DNA from: Candidatus Hydrogenedentota bacterium
GTDB lineage: Bacteria > Hydrogenedentota > Hydrogenedentia > Hydrogenedentales > SLHB01
Direction: 5' to 3'
Assembly: GCA_963745075.1 (NCBI GenBank)
Contig: CAVUWV010000020.1
Coordinates: 1 to 64,000, forward strand
DNA: 64,000 nucleotides
Position 1 is the stretch's first letter, and every line of letters starts with the position of its first letter. Under the pieces are notes generated by a model, which made no database searches, was not told the origin of the DNA, and worked only from the letters and a program-made list of their open reading frames with translations. This document shows positions 37,999 to 48,677 of the stretch, piece by piece. Made by a program: the position numbers and the translations under genes.

Positions 37999-39142
37999 TT
38001 AGTTCGTTGTCAGGGCCTCAAAAACCTGCAATAACTTCAGCTCATCGTTGTGCCAGTTGTACACGGTCTCCACGGCGGAACGTCCGTTCTTGCCCAGCCG
38101 TTCGGCCAGAGTGGTATCTTGGAGTAGTTGGAGCACCGCTTCCGCGATTGCATCCGGATTGGAGACGTCGACCAACAACGCGCAGTCCGCTTCGCGCACG
38201 ATATGGGCGACTTCAATCGCGAATTCGGGGGCCAGGAAGGGCAACCCCTCGCGCATGTAATCGAACATTTTGTGGGGCATGGCCAAGGTGTGGTTCATGG
38301 GACCGGGCTGAAAGAGAATAAGGCCGACCTTGGACACGGCGATATAGGGCGGCACTTGGTCGAAGGGGATTTCCTCGTACATGTCGATGAACGGGTCCAG
38401 CCCGGCCTCGGTCACGGCCTTCCGGAAGGCTTGCTCGTCTCCGTAGATGTATTTCCCGAGCAGGATACACTTGATGTCGGGGCATTCCTTAACCAGGATC
38501 TTCATTGCGTCGAGAAGCTGGTAGGACCCCCGAACGTCGCCAAACAGGCCCTGATGGATGATCGTCGGGCGACCGGCATACTTTTCACGGAGTTCGGTGG
38601 GGATTTCCGTACAGGGCGGTTGTGGATCGATTGGTGTTGAGGACCACGGTACGGGGAACTTTGAGCCCTTCGTACGGTTCTTCGAGGCAGTTTTTGGTCA
38701 GGATGACGTAGTCCGTCGAGCGGGCCATCAGCCGCATGGCACGGATGGTGAGCCATTGAATCGCGGGCCGAAACGGCACGGGGAATTTGTCCGCAAATTT
38801 TGATGGGACATGTTCGTGTTGGTCGAAGACCACTTTGCGCCGGGTCAGGAGCTTGATGATCAATCCGGAGACCCAGGTTTCGGGCTCGACGCAGAGGTAG
38901 GCATCCGCACGGGCCCGGATGCCGCGCGGAACGAGCCGAATCGACGCGAGGAATCGGGCCGCCATGCCTTTGGCAACCGGGGTAGTCTCGATGTGAACCC
39001 CTTCGAGCACATCGGGGAGGGGCTCGTCAGAGGGAACGATGGACAGAACCTCATGGCCGGCGGCAACGAGGCTTTTGGCTTCTTTGTGAAACACCCGCTT
39101 GTCGTTGGGCGTATGGAGTACTTGCAGAATGCAGATCTTCAT
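37999..39142 (-). pseudogene. GT4 glycosyltransferase split by a +1 frameshift near 38625
   Basis: N-part DKRVFHKEAKSL; the other frame continues PQPPCTEIP..IIHQG..RG..MPHKMFDYMREGLP. Confidence 0.82.
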
Positions 39143-39146
39143 GGAC

Positions 39147-41293
39147 TCACGCGTCGGGCGCCGGCAGCGTCCCCTGGCGGAGCGCTTCTTGGGCGATACG
39201 GGTCGCACGAAGTCCGTGGGCCGCGGTCACGCTCAACTCGGCCTTGCCGCGGATGGCGTTGATCCAGTTCTCCAGGATCTCGTATTGGCCCTTGTGTTCG
39301 CCGGTTTGCTTTTGATTCTTCGCGTTCAGGCCGGCGAATCGAATGCCGCGGAAATCGTCGATGGCGATCGCCTTCCCGCCGCCAAAGATTTCGATGTGCT
39401 CTTTATCGAGCCCTGGATGCCCCAGACAGCAGTACATGATGGTCGCGAGCGAGCCGTCGGGGAAGCGCAAGAGGGTAGACAAGTTGTTGGCGTCGGGCAA
39501 GGTTTCGCTTGCCGAACTCAGATGGTCGGCCTTGACCGCAATGGGTTCCTGACCGACGAACCAGCAGCAGAAATCGAAGAAATGGACGGCCTCGCCGACG
39601 ATGCGGCCTCCCCCCTCTTCCGGGTCGTTGGTCCAATGCCCCGGCGGCAAAGCGCCCGCGTTGCAACGGTAGAGAATCATTTTGGGACCGGCGATGTGTT
39701 GGAGCGATTGCTTCGCCAGTTGTGAGAATTTGGAGAACCGGCGGTTGAACCCGATGGAAAGCAAGACCCCGGCTTTCTCGACCGCATCGCACACGGCTTC
39801 GCAGTCGGCCACGGTGATGGCCAGGGGCTTCTCGACGAAGACATGCTTGCCCGCCTCCGCGGCGCGGATGGCAAGGGACGGGTGGAGATTATGGCGGGTC
39901 GTGACGATCACGGCGTTGACCTTGTCGTCCGCGAGCACCTCGTCGATGTCCGTGGTGCAGTAAGTTGCCCCGTACTTTTGCGCGGCTTGTTTGGCTTTGC
40001 CGCCGGTGCGGTCTACCACGCCGACCAACCGAGCCCCGGGACCTTGGGAATGTTGGGCAGGTGGAATGCGCTGGCATACCCCCCAGCGCCGATCACGGCG
40101 ATGCCGACCTCATCGGAACCGCCGGCGTGGGCCTTTATCATCAGCTTACGGGAGTCGGGCGGCGCGGCATTCGATTCGTCGGTCCCGTAGGAGAGCACCG
40201 CGGCAATGGCGTTCGACTCCTTGTCGAGGATGGTCGTGTAGGCGTCCTGGGCGTCGTCGACAGGTTTGCGCACGGAAATCAGGGGGTTCACCCGCACCTT
40301 GGCTTCGCCAATCATGCGGAGAAACTCGCCCATATTGCGGCCTTCGGTCCAGCGGACGTAGCCGATGGGGTAATCGAGTCCCTTTTCCTCGTAAGCGGGA
40401 TGGTATCGTCCCGGACCGTAGGAACAGGAGAGACGGAAATCGAGTTCCTTGGTGTACATGGATTCGCGAGCCAGTTGCATGCCGACCGCGCCCACGACGG
40501 CGACGCGGCCCTTCTGCCGACAGAGGTCCAGGGCGGAATTGGTGACCTCGCTGCCTTTGCTCGCCGCGCAGATGATGACGCCGTCGGCGCCGTGGCCTCC
40601 GGTCCATTCGTTAACCTCGGCCGCGAGGTCCCCGGGGGCACAGGCCGCGTCCGCGCCCAGTTCCAAAGCAAGGGCGCGCTTTTCCGCGATGGGATCGGAA
40701 CAAATCACGCGGCATCCGGCGGCACGAAGGATTTGCGCCGCGATTTGGCCGAGCAGGCCCAGCCCCATCACGATAAATGTTTCGCCGAACGTCGGAAACA
40801 GTTGCCGGCACCCTTGCATGGCGATGGCGCCCAGGGTGACGAAGGCGGCGTCTTCCATTTCGACGCCGTCGGGGATGGGCGTTAGAAGTTGCTGGGGTAC
40901 GACGTTGTACTCCGCGTGACTGGCATAGCCGACGCCGGAGCATGCGACGCGGTCGCCAACGCGAAAACCGTCAAGCCCTTCGCCGCACTCGACAATCACG
41001 CCGGCGGTGCTGTAGCCAGGGGCCTGGAACTCGAAAAGTTTTCCCTTGACGATGTCGATGGTGCCGCGTAGGCCGACGCTGGCTATTTTCCGCTTGACCT
41101 TTTCCACGTTAAGCGGGTCGCGGGCCTTCTTCATGACGAAGGAGGCGGTACCGCCATCTGACACGAAGCCGGATTCGGTGCCGGAACTGATGACGGAACA
41201 GCACACCCGGACCAAGGCGTGGCCGGGCGCGACGTTGGGCGGCGGGACTTCCTCGATCTGCACCTTGCCGCCCTTCACAAGGACTTGCTTCAA
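39147..41293 (-). pseudogene. Bi-domain oxidoreductase (Zn-ADH-like + Gfo/Idh/MocA), frameshift near 40045
   Basis: ISSGTE, GLGLLGQ and SYGPGRY..YPIGYVRWTEGRN, then IGAGGYA | HVFVEKP, GFNRRFS and GEAVHFFD. The break is at a CCC/GGGG run and is likely an assembly error. Confidence 0.85.
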
Positions 41294-41410
41294 AACGGTA
41301 ACTCCCCAGACGCGCGAGGGATGCACGCCGATTCGTAGACAGTAAGGGAAGAAGATACCACACATCCGACAAGGCCGCCAAACGGCTCCCGCCACAACAG
41401 GCAGCATGCG

Positions 41411-42955
41411 CTACCGAGCGCCGTCAGATGGAGCGGGCACGGCGTCCGCATCCGCCCGGGAGGCTTGCCGAGGGGTCACGAGAACGGCGTAGGCGGCGAC
41501 CATCGCGAGAAAGACATATCCCTTTGCGTATAGCAGCCGCGGCATCGCCAGGGATGCAACCATCTGAGCGCCGAGCGCTGCCGCCAGGCCCCGCATGAAG
41601 TACCGTTGGACAGGGTCTGTCAGAAGCGCGATCCGGCGGCACGTTTCCATGAAGAGCCCGCCGTAACCGAGCAGGATGATTCCCGTTCCGAGCAGGCCGC
41701 CCTTGAACAGGTAGTACATCCACACGTTGTGAATCGTCTGAAACGAACTTTGGGCGTACGCGATCTGACTGGTCTTCGTGGCCAAGCCAAGCGCTTCGAA
41801 CGTACTGCCCATCCCGGTGCCGATTACCGGATGGCGGGCAAAGGCCCGGTAAGCGCCACTGATTTCCACCAGACGATTCTGCAGGGAGACACCAACCCGC
41901 GGAAACGCCGACATCAAGGTTTCGTGTAAGACCGTGGAGAACATTCCGAGGATTATTACGGCAACTACCGTACCGAGCCAGGCAATGGTGAATCGCGCGC
42001 GATTGCTGGGCAAGGCCAGAAAGGCGAGCAAGGCCAGGGAAACAAGTACCGAGACGTAGGCCGTGCGCATCATGGTAATGGCGATTGCGACGCTCAGAAT
42101 TCCGATGAAACCGAAATAGACAAACCTGCGGCGTCGCGTAAGGACGGGGCCGAATGCGAGGCTAGTCAACACCACGAGACAGACCTCGTAGTACATGTGC
42201 CCGGCGGGCCGGACGGATTGAACGAGTTTGCCCGCGATGCGGCGCTGTACAAATTCGCCTAAGACGTTTTGCGTGCTGACGACATGGCCGGATAGGAAGG
42301 TATACGCAAAGAACGCAATGGAAACCGTGGCGGTCACAATCGTGGCGCCAACTAGGAGCCGGGCGTACCAGCGGAGATCCTGTTTCGCTCCCAAGCCGAC
42401 AAAAACGCAAAACGACGCCAGAAACACAGGCGAACGAATTTCGGAGACGATGAGATGAAAATTGCGCTGCTGCACGATTCCCCAGAAGGCTGTGAGCGCG
42501 AAGAATGCAGCGATGCATCCCACGAACAGGTTGATGGGATCGGCAACGAAGTGCACACGCCCGATCGCCAGTCTAATCGTGAAATGGGCGAGGACCACCG
42601 CGAAGAGCAATTCGCGCGGGTGCCATTCGATACCCGCGGCGGCGATGGTGAAAAAGGAGCGGAACTGGTGGGTGAACGCCATGAAGAGCACGAACAGGGC
42701 GATGACATATCGCGAGGGCATGGCCAGCAATGCGACACCGCCAACCGCCAATGCGGCGAGGGCAAGGGCGATGACCGGGCCGAGAATTCCGATCGCGGCG
42801 ACGACGACTCCGACAAGCACAATCTGCTGAACGAGGATTGTCCGGTCATCCCTCGGAAAGAGTATCCGGGTCAATATCCTGTTTATGGAAATGGCAGGTG
42901 TGGCCACGGTTGGCGATCCCTTTGACTCCGTGCGGAATGTGGAACGTGCAGACAA
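41411..42955 (-). CDS. O-antigen ligase/polymerase (Wzy_C) family membrane protein
   Basis: Polytopic; TMMRTAY, HPVIGTGMG and IHNVWMYYLFKGGLLG motifs. Confidence 0.8.
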   Translation of the reverse strand: MSARSTFRTESKGSPTVATPAISINRILTRILFPRDDRTILVQQIVLVGVVVAAIGILGPVIALALAALAVGGVALLAMPSRYVIALFVLFMAFTHQFRSFFTIAAAGIEWHPRELLFAVVLAHFTIRLAIGRVHFVADPINLFVGCIAAFFALTAFWGIVQQRNFHLIVSEIRSPVFLASFCVFVGLGAKQDLRWYARLLVGATIVTATVSIAFFAYTFLSGHVVSTQNVLGEFVQRRIAGKLVQSVRPAGHMYYEVCLVVLTSLAFGPVLTRRRRFVYFGFIGILSVAIAITMMRTAYVSVLVSLALLAFLALPSNRARFTIAWLGTVVAVIILGMFSTVLHETLMSAFPRVGVSLQNRLVEISGAYRAFARHPVIGTGMGSTFEALGLATKTSQIAYAQSSFQTIHNVWMYYLFKGGLLGTGIILLGYGGLFMETCRRIALLTDPVQRYFMRGLAAALGAQMVASLAMPRLLYAKGYVFLAMVAAYAVLVTPRQASRADADAVPAPSDGAR

Positions 42956-43120
42956 AGGCTAGCCGAGGTTGGCGAGCGTGTCAAGAACGAAACGTACCCT
43001 CTCGGAGGTTGAGCGACCCGGTTGACACGTGCATACTGTCCGCCGTTGCACGGCGCGCAAGCCGAAGCCGGAAACCATGCTGCTTCCGGCGGGCGCGGGT
43101 AATCACGGGCACCAATCTCG

Positions 43121-44686
43121 ATGAAAGCACTATCAAAGTATATCTGGAACTGCGGCATTATCGCCTTGGTTACGTTCGCCATTTTGGCGGTGGTCGAAGT
43201 GGCGGCACGCACGTTCGTCGACCCGGTTCCGCCGAATATCCACGACCGCCCCGAATCCTTCGACGTGGCCGCCAAGCCGCCGGACGTTTACCGCATCGTC
43301 ACGATTGGCGGTTCGACGGTTGCGGGGTGGCCGATGCCGGAACTTGGATTCTCGGCGCAGTTGGAATCGGCGTTGAAGCGGTTGCGGCCAGACGCGCCGG
43401 TTGAAGTGGTTAACCTGGGCTATTTGGGCAAGAGTTCGGAATATGTTCGGCGCATGGTTCAGGACTGTCCGCAATACGCTCCCGACTGCATCGTTGTCTT
43501 GTCTGGGCACAACGAGTTTCTGAATCGAACAGACGAAGACCAGTCGCTGACGGCCAAGCTCCGGCGGGCGACACTCGGTCTTGCATCGGTACGGTACCTG
43601 CTCGCACATACGACTGGGGAGAAAACGGAAGAACCCAATCCCAACTACTACCTGCCCGAACAGATCCAACCGTACGACCGCGCGTCCGCGTGGTTCCAGA
43701 ATCGCATCAAACGCCACCGAAGGAACATGGAGGAGGTGGCGTCTTGGGCGCGGTCTCATGACGTACCGCTCATCATGTGTACGCTCGCGCCAAACCTGGC
43801 GGATTGGCCGCCGGTGTACCGGTTTCTTTCCCAATCAAAGGCGGACCCGAACTACGAGGCGGATGTCCAAACGGCAAAGGGATTCCTGAGGGACGGAAAG
43901 TTGGATGAAGCCGAAGGTATTGTGAATGAACCGCTTTCAGCGTATGGCGACGACGCGATGATGCTCTATTTGAAAGGTCAGATCTGCCGTCAGCGAGGTC
44001 AATTCGATGAGGCGTTGAAATTATTCGTCCGGGCAAAAGATATGGATCCGTTCCCGCAACGGGTGTTATCGAAGATGAACGACAACATCCGATCAGTGGC
44101 CAAGGAAACCGGTGTCGTCCTGGCGGACATCGCCCAGGCGTTCGAGGACGAGGCCCCCCATCATCTCATCGGGAGGGAATTGATTGGGGATAACGTTCAT
44201 CCTTCTATCTTGGGACACGCACTCATTGCGCGCGAACTCGTGCGCGCCATGGCCAGCCACGATATATTCCTGGCGGGAGACGCACTGGACGTTACTTCCG
44301 GCTCCCCCGAAGACTGGAAAGCCGCTTTTCTGGCCGAGATTCCGAGTGATGGGAAGAAGCGTTGGCTGGATTTCAAGGTCGCCGCAGCGGAAAGCAAGTA
44401 TTGTCAGAAGTATCCCTTCTTCGATTTTGATCTCGCCATATCCTACAAGCGGAAAGCGATCGATTTGGCGCAGTCCATCAATAACGACGACTGGGGGCTG
44501 TACGGGGAATTGGGTACGCTTCTCATCATGACAGGGAAAACGGAGGAAGGCCTTGACCAGCTACGGCATGCAACGGCCATGAAAGGATCGCCGCTGGACC
44601 CGAGCGACCGGGGCTCGGTCAATTGGTTGAACGAGGCGCTTTCAAAAGCAAACGTCAGTCTCGCTGCGCTGGGAACGGGTAGGTAA
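43121..44686 (+). CDS. SGNH/GDSL-like hydrolase with TPR repeats
   Basis: IGGSTVAG, VVNLG, GHNEF and DNVHPSILGH blocks; TPR-like YLKGQICRQRGQFDEA. Confidence 0.8.
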   Translation: MKALSKYIWNCGIIALVTFAILAVVEVAARTFVDPVPPNIHDRPESFDVAAKPPDVYRIVTIGGSTVAGWPMPELGFSAQLESALKRLRPDAPVEVVNLGYLGKSSEYVRRMVQDCPQYAPDCIVVLSGHNEFLNRTDEDQSLTAKLRRATLGLASVRYLLAHTTGEKTEEPNPNYYLPEQIQPYDRASAWFQNRIKRHRRNMEEVASWARSHDVPLIMCTLAPNLADWPPVYRFLSQSKADPNYEADVQTAKGFLRDGKLDEAEGIVNEPLSAYGDDAMMLYLKGQICRQRGQFDEALKLFVRAKDMDPFPQRVLSKMNDNIRSVAKETGVVLADIAQAFEDEAPHHLIGRELIGDNVHPSILGHALIARELVRAMASHDIFLAGDALDVTSGSPEDWKAAFLAEIPSDGKKRWLDFKVAAAESKYCQKYPFFDFDLAISYKRKAIDLAQSINNDDWGLYGELGTLLIMTGKTEEGLDQLRHATAMKGSPLDPSDRGSVNWLNEALSKANVSLAALGTGR

Positions 44687-44712
44687 ACAACGCAACCAAC
44701 GTCGAAGACGGG

Positions 44713-45846
44713 CTATACCTGAGATGTCAGACGGAGAAGCGCGTCGTGGGTCTTTTGGGCCGCGTCAACCCAGGTAAATTGTGTTGCGCGCTCCAGGCCC
44801 TTAATCTCAAGCTTGTGGCGTAGCGCATCATCCGTCAGCATGAGTTCGAGGGCGTCTGCGATCGCGGTGACATCCCAGGGATCGACGGTCAAGCCCGCGT
44901 CCCCGATGACCTCCGGCAGGGAGGAGCAATTCGACGTAAGAACGGCGGTTCCGCAGGCCATCGCCTCGGCAACCGGCATCCCGAAACCTTCCCAAAGAGA
45001 TACGAGCGCCAGCGCGTCCGCACCGCTCATCAGCGTGGGCAGGTCGGTTTCGGGCACAAATCCCGGGAATGTGATAAAGGGAGCGGCACTCGAGGCTTCG
45101 GCTCGCGCGTAGACCCGCTCGTACATCCACCCGCGGTCGCCCGCAATAACCAGGTGATGGGGAAGGTTCGGGCGTCGGGTTCGCACTTTGGCAAACGCGT
45201 CAATCAGGCGCTCGATGTTCTTACGCGGTTGCAGTCTGCCCACATACAAGATGTACCGTTGCGGCAGATCGTGCGTAGCACGCAATTGCTCCAGCCTGCG
45301 AGGATCGTCGCAGGGGCGAAATCGTTCTGAAACGCCCATGTGGGTTACCGTAACCGCTTCGGGCGACAGACCAAAGCGCCGGATCATATCTTGTTTGGTG
45401 GCGTTGCTGATCGCGAAGAAATGGCTGGCCCGGCGGGCGGCGTATCGGGCTTGCATGCGGCTACGAAATCGCGTTGACCGGGTAAAATACTCACCAAATT
45501 CGAAGAACGCGAGATCGTGCATCGTTGCCACGACCGGGCACGGAATGAGCAACGGTATCTGCGTGGTAGGGGCAAAGAAGATGTCCGGAGGGTTTCGACG
45601 CAATTCGCGGCCCAACACGCGTTGGCTCCAACCTCGCCTTCTCTCCAGTACCCGAATTTCCGCGCCAACGTTGGATACCGGGAAATGGGGAAGCGGAAAA
45701 CGATCGAGATAGAGCCGGAGGATCAGGTCGCCGCAAAGCGGCGCCAACGCCTTCAACACCTCGTAACAGTAATTGCCGACGCCGGCGCGGACCGTCTCGT
45801 TGGCAACGCGCGCATCGACACCGACGATCAACCGCTTACGCTTCAT
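44713..45846 (-). CDS. GT4 family glycosyltransferase
   Basis: GVGNY, HDL, VGRLQPRKN, EGFGMPVAEAMACG and SSLPEV motifs. Confidence 0.94.
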   Translation of the reverse strand: MKRKRLIVGVDARVANETVRAGVGNYCYEVLKALAPLCGDLILRLYLDRFPLPHFPVSNVGAEIRVLERRRGWSQRVLGRELRRNPPDIFFAPTTQIPLLIPCPVVATMHDLAFFEFGEYFTRSTRFRSRMQARYAARRASHFFAISNATKQDMIRRFGLSPEAVTVTHMGVSERFRPCDDPRRLEQLRATHDLPQRYILYVGRLQPRKNIERLIDAFAKVRTRRPNLPHHLVIAGDRGWMYERVYARAEASSAAPFITFPGFVPETDLPTLMSGADALALVSLWEGFGMPVAEAMACGTAVLTSNCSSLPEVIGDAGLTVDPWDVTAIADALELMLTDDALRHKLEIKGLERATQFTWVDAAQKTHDALLRLTSQV

Positions 45847-46140
45847 AAGGTTTTCGGCCCACCACGAGGAAACTGTCGTCGCGGTCGAGTAGCTGGTCCA
45901 TCACGAAGAAACGTCCAGTTTCAGGTAACGCAGGAGATCGACAATTTCATTTTGAGTCCACACGTGATGATGAATATGACCGTGGCAGTAGTGGCGGACG
46001 ACCGTTCGCGTGAAATAAACGTTTAGAAACATCGTCTTTGGTTTGACGGCCCACTTGGCCGCGTCGCGAATCCACTCGGCGAGTCGTGCGCGTACAGACT
46101 GAACGGGGCGTCTCCTCACGATACGGCCCCGGTCGCACAC
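45836..46140 (-). pseudogene. Internally deleted, frameshifted methyltransferase-like remnant
   Basis: ..TRTVVRHYCHG is joined directly to HIHHHVWTQNEIVDLLRYL; a second frame gives FVMDQLLDRDDSFLVVGRKPYEA*. Confidence 0.5.
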
Positions 46141-46174
46141 GTTTGGATTACGGCGTTCTGAGTTTCGGTCACCT

Positions 46175-47089
46175 TCATACCGTCTCCAGGAACGCGGAAT
46201 CTATCCGGGCGGCATATTCCGGCATCACCAGACCATGGAGCCTGTCTCGGAACGGATAAAATGCTTCTCCAGGAGTCCGGGGCTCCAGGGAACTCCCGGC
46301 GCAATCCTCGCGCACGTAGAACGCGTTGACTCCGGACGAATCGCAGCCGATCAGGACGTACCCCTTCTCATGCCCCAGCTTGGTCAGTGCGGCGAGCGAT
46401 GCGCCGAAACAAAGGGAATCGTGACCGGCGCGAAACCGGTCGAACGCGGGGTCGTATTTCAGGGTAACGGAATGTTCGCTCCCGAAAACTCCGTTGTACT
46501 CGATCACTACCACGCGGGGATTCACGGCTTCGACGGCCTTCCAGACCCAATAGTCGTTTCCGTCGATGTCGATGGAGAGCAGATCGATCTCTCCCTTGAA
46601 TCCGTGTTGCCGAAAGAGGTCGTTTACATTTTCCGCGGTGACGAATGCCTGCGCGATTTGAACGTCACCGGCGCGTTCAACCAAACGTTCCCGATAGTAT
46701 TGTTTCGCAACGGCGACGTTACGTTCGGAACCGTCCATCATGAGGCCCTGCCATCCGAAATTGATACTGAGATTGGCGGAATTGCATTCCGTGCCATCAC
46801 TCACGCCGAACTCGATAAAGCGCCGATCCGTCGTACCAATTTTGGAAAAGATATAGAGCAAGATCCCGTCCTCGCCATTCTGCGAAAAAACCTGCATTTC
46901 GTGACGATTCAGCGGCGAATGAAACCGACCGTCGGGCAACTGATCTGCAAACTTTTCTCTCAGGAGCGTATCGGACACGAGGGCGAGGTGCCGTTCGAGC
47001 ACGTAAAACAGGCGCGGTGCGTCCATGAACGCGCGCAACCTTTCACGCCAAGGTTCGGGCAATAAACGTTTTGCAACGGAACGAATCAC
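46175..47089 (-). CDS. FkbM-like SAM-dependent methyltransferase
   Basis: FSQNGEDGI, FIEFGVSDGTECNS, LLSIDIDGNDYW, PRVVVIEYN and GVNAFYVR motifs. Confidence 0.75.
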   Translation of the reverse strand: MIRSVAKRLLPEPWRERLRAFMDAPRLFYVLERHLALVSDTLLREKFADQLPDGRFHSPLNRHEMQVFSQNGEDGILLYIFSKIGTTDRRFIEFGVSDGTECNSANLSINFGWQGLMMDGSERNVAVAKQYYRERLVERAGDVQIAQAFVTAENVNDLFRQHGFKGEIDLLSIDIDGNDYWVWKAVEAVNPRVVVIEYNGVFGSEHSVTLKYDPAFDRFRAGHDSLCFGASLAALTKLGHEKGYVLIGCDSSGVNAFYVREDCAGSSLEPRTPGEAFYPFRDRLHGLVMPEYAARIDSAFLETV

Positions 47090-47128
47090 CGCGTCACCTC
47101 TGGCAAGTCGGTATAAAGAGATCCACCT

Positions 47129-48616
47129 TCATTCGGCTGAGTTCTCCGGTATTGTGCCGCGTTGACGCTGCGTAGCCGGTAACAGAAAACCGGCTACCTG
47201 CGTCAATTGGCGAATCGTCACAACGGAACAGGCCAAGCAGATCCCCACAAACAACGCGAGTGCAGCGGTGCGCCCCAAGTACGAGGGCACATTCTGCCCT
47301 AAGGCCAAGCACATCGCCATTGCCAACTGGGGAATAGCCACGCGTGTCAAGCGCAACGCGAGACCGGATCGTTGAACCAGCCACGCTTGTAGTCCCGCAC
47401 TGACGCACACGGTGCACAAAAACGACCAACTGGCGCCCATGATACCATAGCGAGGAATCAGGACGCAGTTCATGGCGACACTGATCGCCGCCGACGCGAC
47501 GTTCGCCCAGGTTACCAACGCGGGTCTACCCATCCCGATCAGGGACTGCCCGAAGATTCCAGCCTGAAGGGCGATACAGGTGCCGGTCAGAAGGAGCCAC
47601 AAAACCGGCAGGGACTCCACATATTTCTCTGAAAACAGCGTAACAATGAGCGGGCGCTGTACCACCAGGATCGCCAGCACACTGGCGTAGCCCAAGAAGG
47701 CCGTCAAGCCCAGTGTTTTGTCGAGCAGTCGTGCGGCGCCGTCGCGGTCGCCGACGGCTAGACGCGCGGAGATGCCGGGAAGGTACGGCACCAGCGAAGC
47801 CATGAGAACGCGGCTGAACATATTCGGCACGCGTTTGGCCATTTCGTAGTATGCGACCAGGATGGGGTTGCCAAGCAATACGGCCAGAAGAAAGGTATCG
47901 AACCGTTGAAAGATGAAGCCCATGAGGTTGTTGACGTACAACGGGCCGCTGAAGCGCACCGCATCCCGGTAGTCACGCCAGCGCGGGCGCGGCATCGCGC
48001 CGCGTAAGACATTCAGGTTCAGCCAAAGGGCCGCCGCTACGTATGCCGTGCCGGTGCACATGATGAGCGAGAGCAGTCCGCCGCCTCGCCACCAGATGAA
48101 GATGGATACGAGAACGACGTTCGTGAGGGCGCCGATTACCAAGGCAACGGCGCGAGCCCCGAAGCGATTGAGGCCGGCCATGGCTGCGAGGGCGGTGTCG
48201 CGTTGCGTCGCAATGAGGGTTAGTATGGGAACCGCCCACAGGAATGGGTATAGGCTCAGCCAGTTCTCATTCGAGGAGATGGCGGCCGGATTTGGAATCA
48301 GCTTCCACGCGAGCAGGAATATGATTCCGACGGCGACCGAAACCAGGAACTGCACCACGAGAATGGAAGCCGAGGTTTCGCTCCGTTCGTCGGCTGGGAG
48401 TCCGGCGACGATCTTGGGAAGTGCAGAATGCAATCCAAAGCTCGATGCGAGGAGCAGGCAGTCGCTGGCGAGAATGAGGAGCCAGAAGACGCCGACTTCG
48501 GACTCGGGAAGGATATGGCCGAAGATGGCCGCGGCGCCCAATTGCCCAGCCATGGAGAGCACCATCCCCACGCCGGAAAGGAAGGCGCCGCGCACGAGGG
48601 TCCTTCCGGCGGTCAT
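47129..48616 (-). CDS. Polysaccharide flippase (Wzx/MOP family)
   Basis: About 12-14 TM segments; RFSGPL..FQRFDTFLL..VAYY; LIPRYGIMGASW; context in a glycosyltransferase cluster. Confidence 0.85.
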   Translation of the reverse strand: MTAGRTLVRGAFLSGVGMVLSMAGQLGAAAIFGHILPESEVGVFWLLILASDCLLLASSFGLHSALPKIVAGLPADERSETSASILVVQFLVSVAVGIIFLLAWKLIPNPAAISSNENWLSLYPFLWAVPILTLIATQRDTALAAMAGLNRFGARAVALVIGALTNVVLVSIFIWWRGGGLLSLIMCTGTAYVAAALWLNLNVLRGAMPRPRWRDYRDAVRFSGPLYVNNLMGFIFQRFDTFLLAVLLGNPILVAYYEMAKRVPNMFSRVLMASLVPYLPGISARLAVGDRDGAARLLDKTLGLTAFLGYASVLAILVVQRPLIVTLFSEKYVESLPVLWLLLTGTCIALQAGIFGQSLIGMGRPALVTWANVASAAISVAMNCVLIPRYGIMGASWSFLCTVCVSAGLQAWLVQRSGLALRLTRVAIPQLAMAMCLALGQNVPSYLGRTAALALFVGICLACSVVTIRQLTQVAGFLLPATQRQRGTIPENSAE

Positions 48617-48677
48617 GGGTTACGGTCTCCGCGATTCCGATGCACGATGGTAATGCTCCGGATGGATTGGTCCCGGG

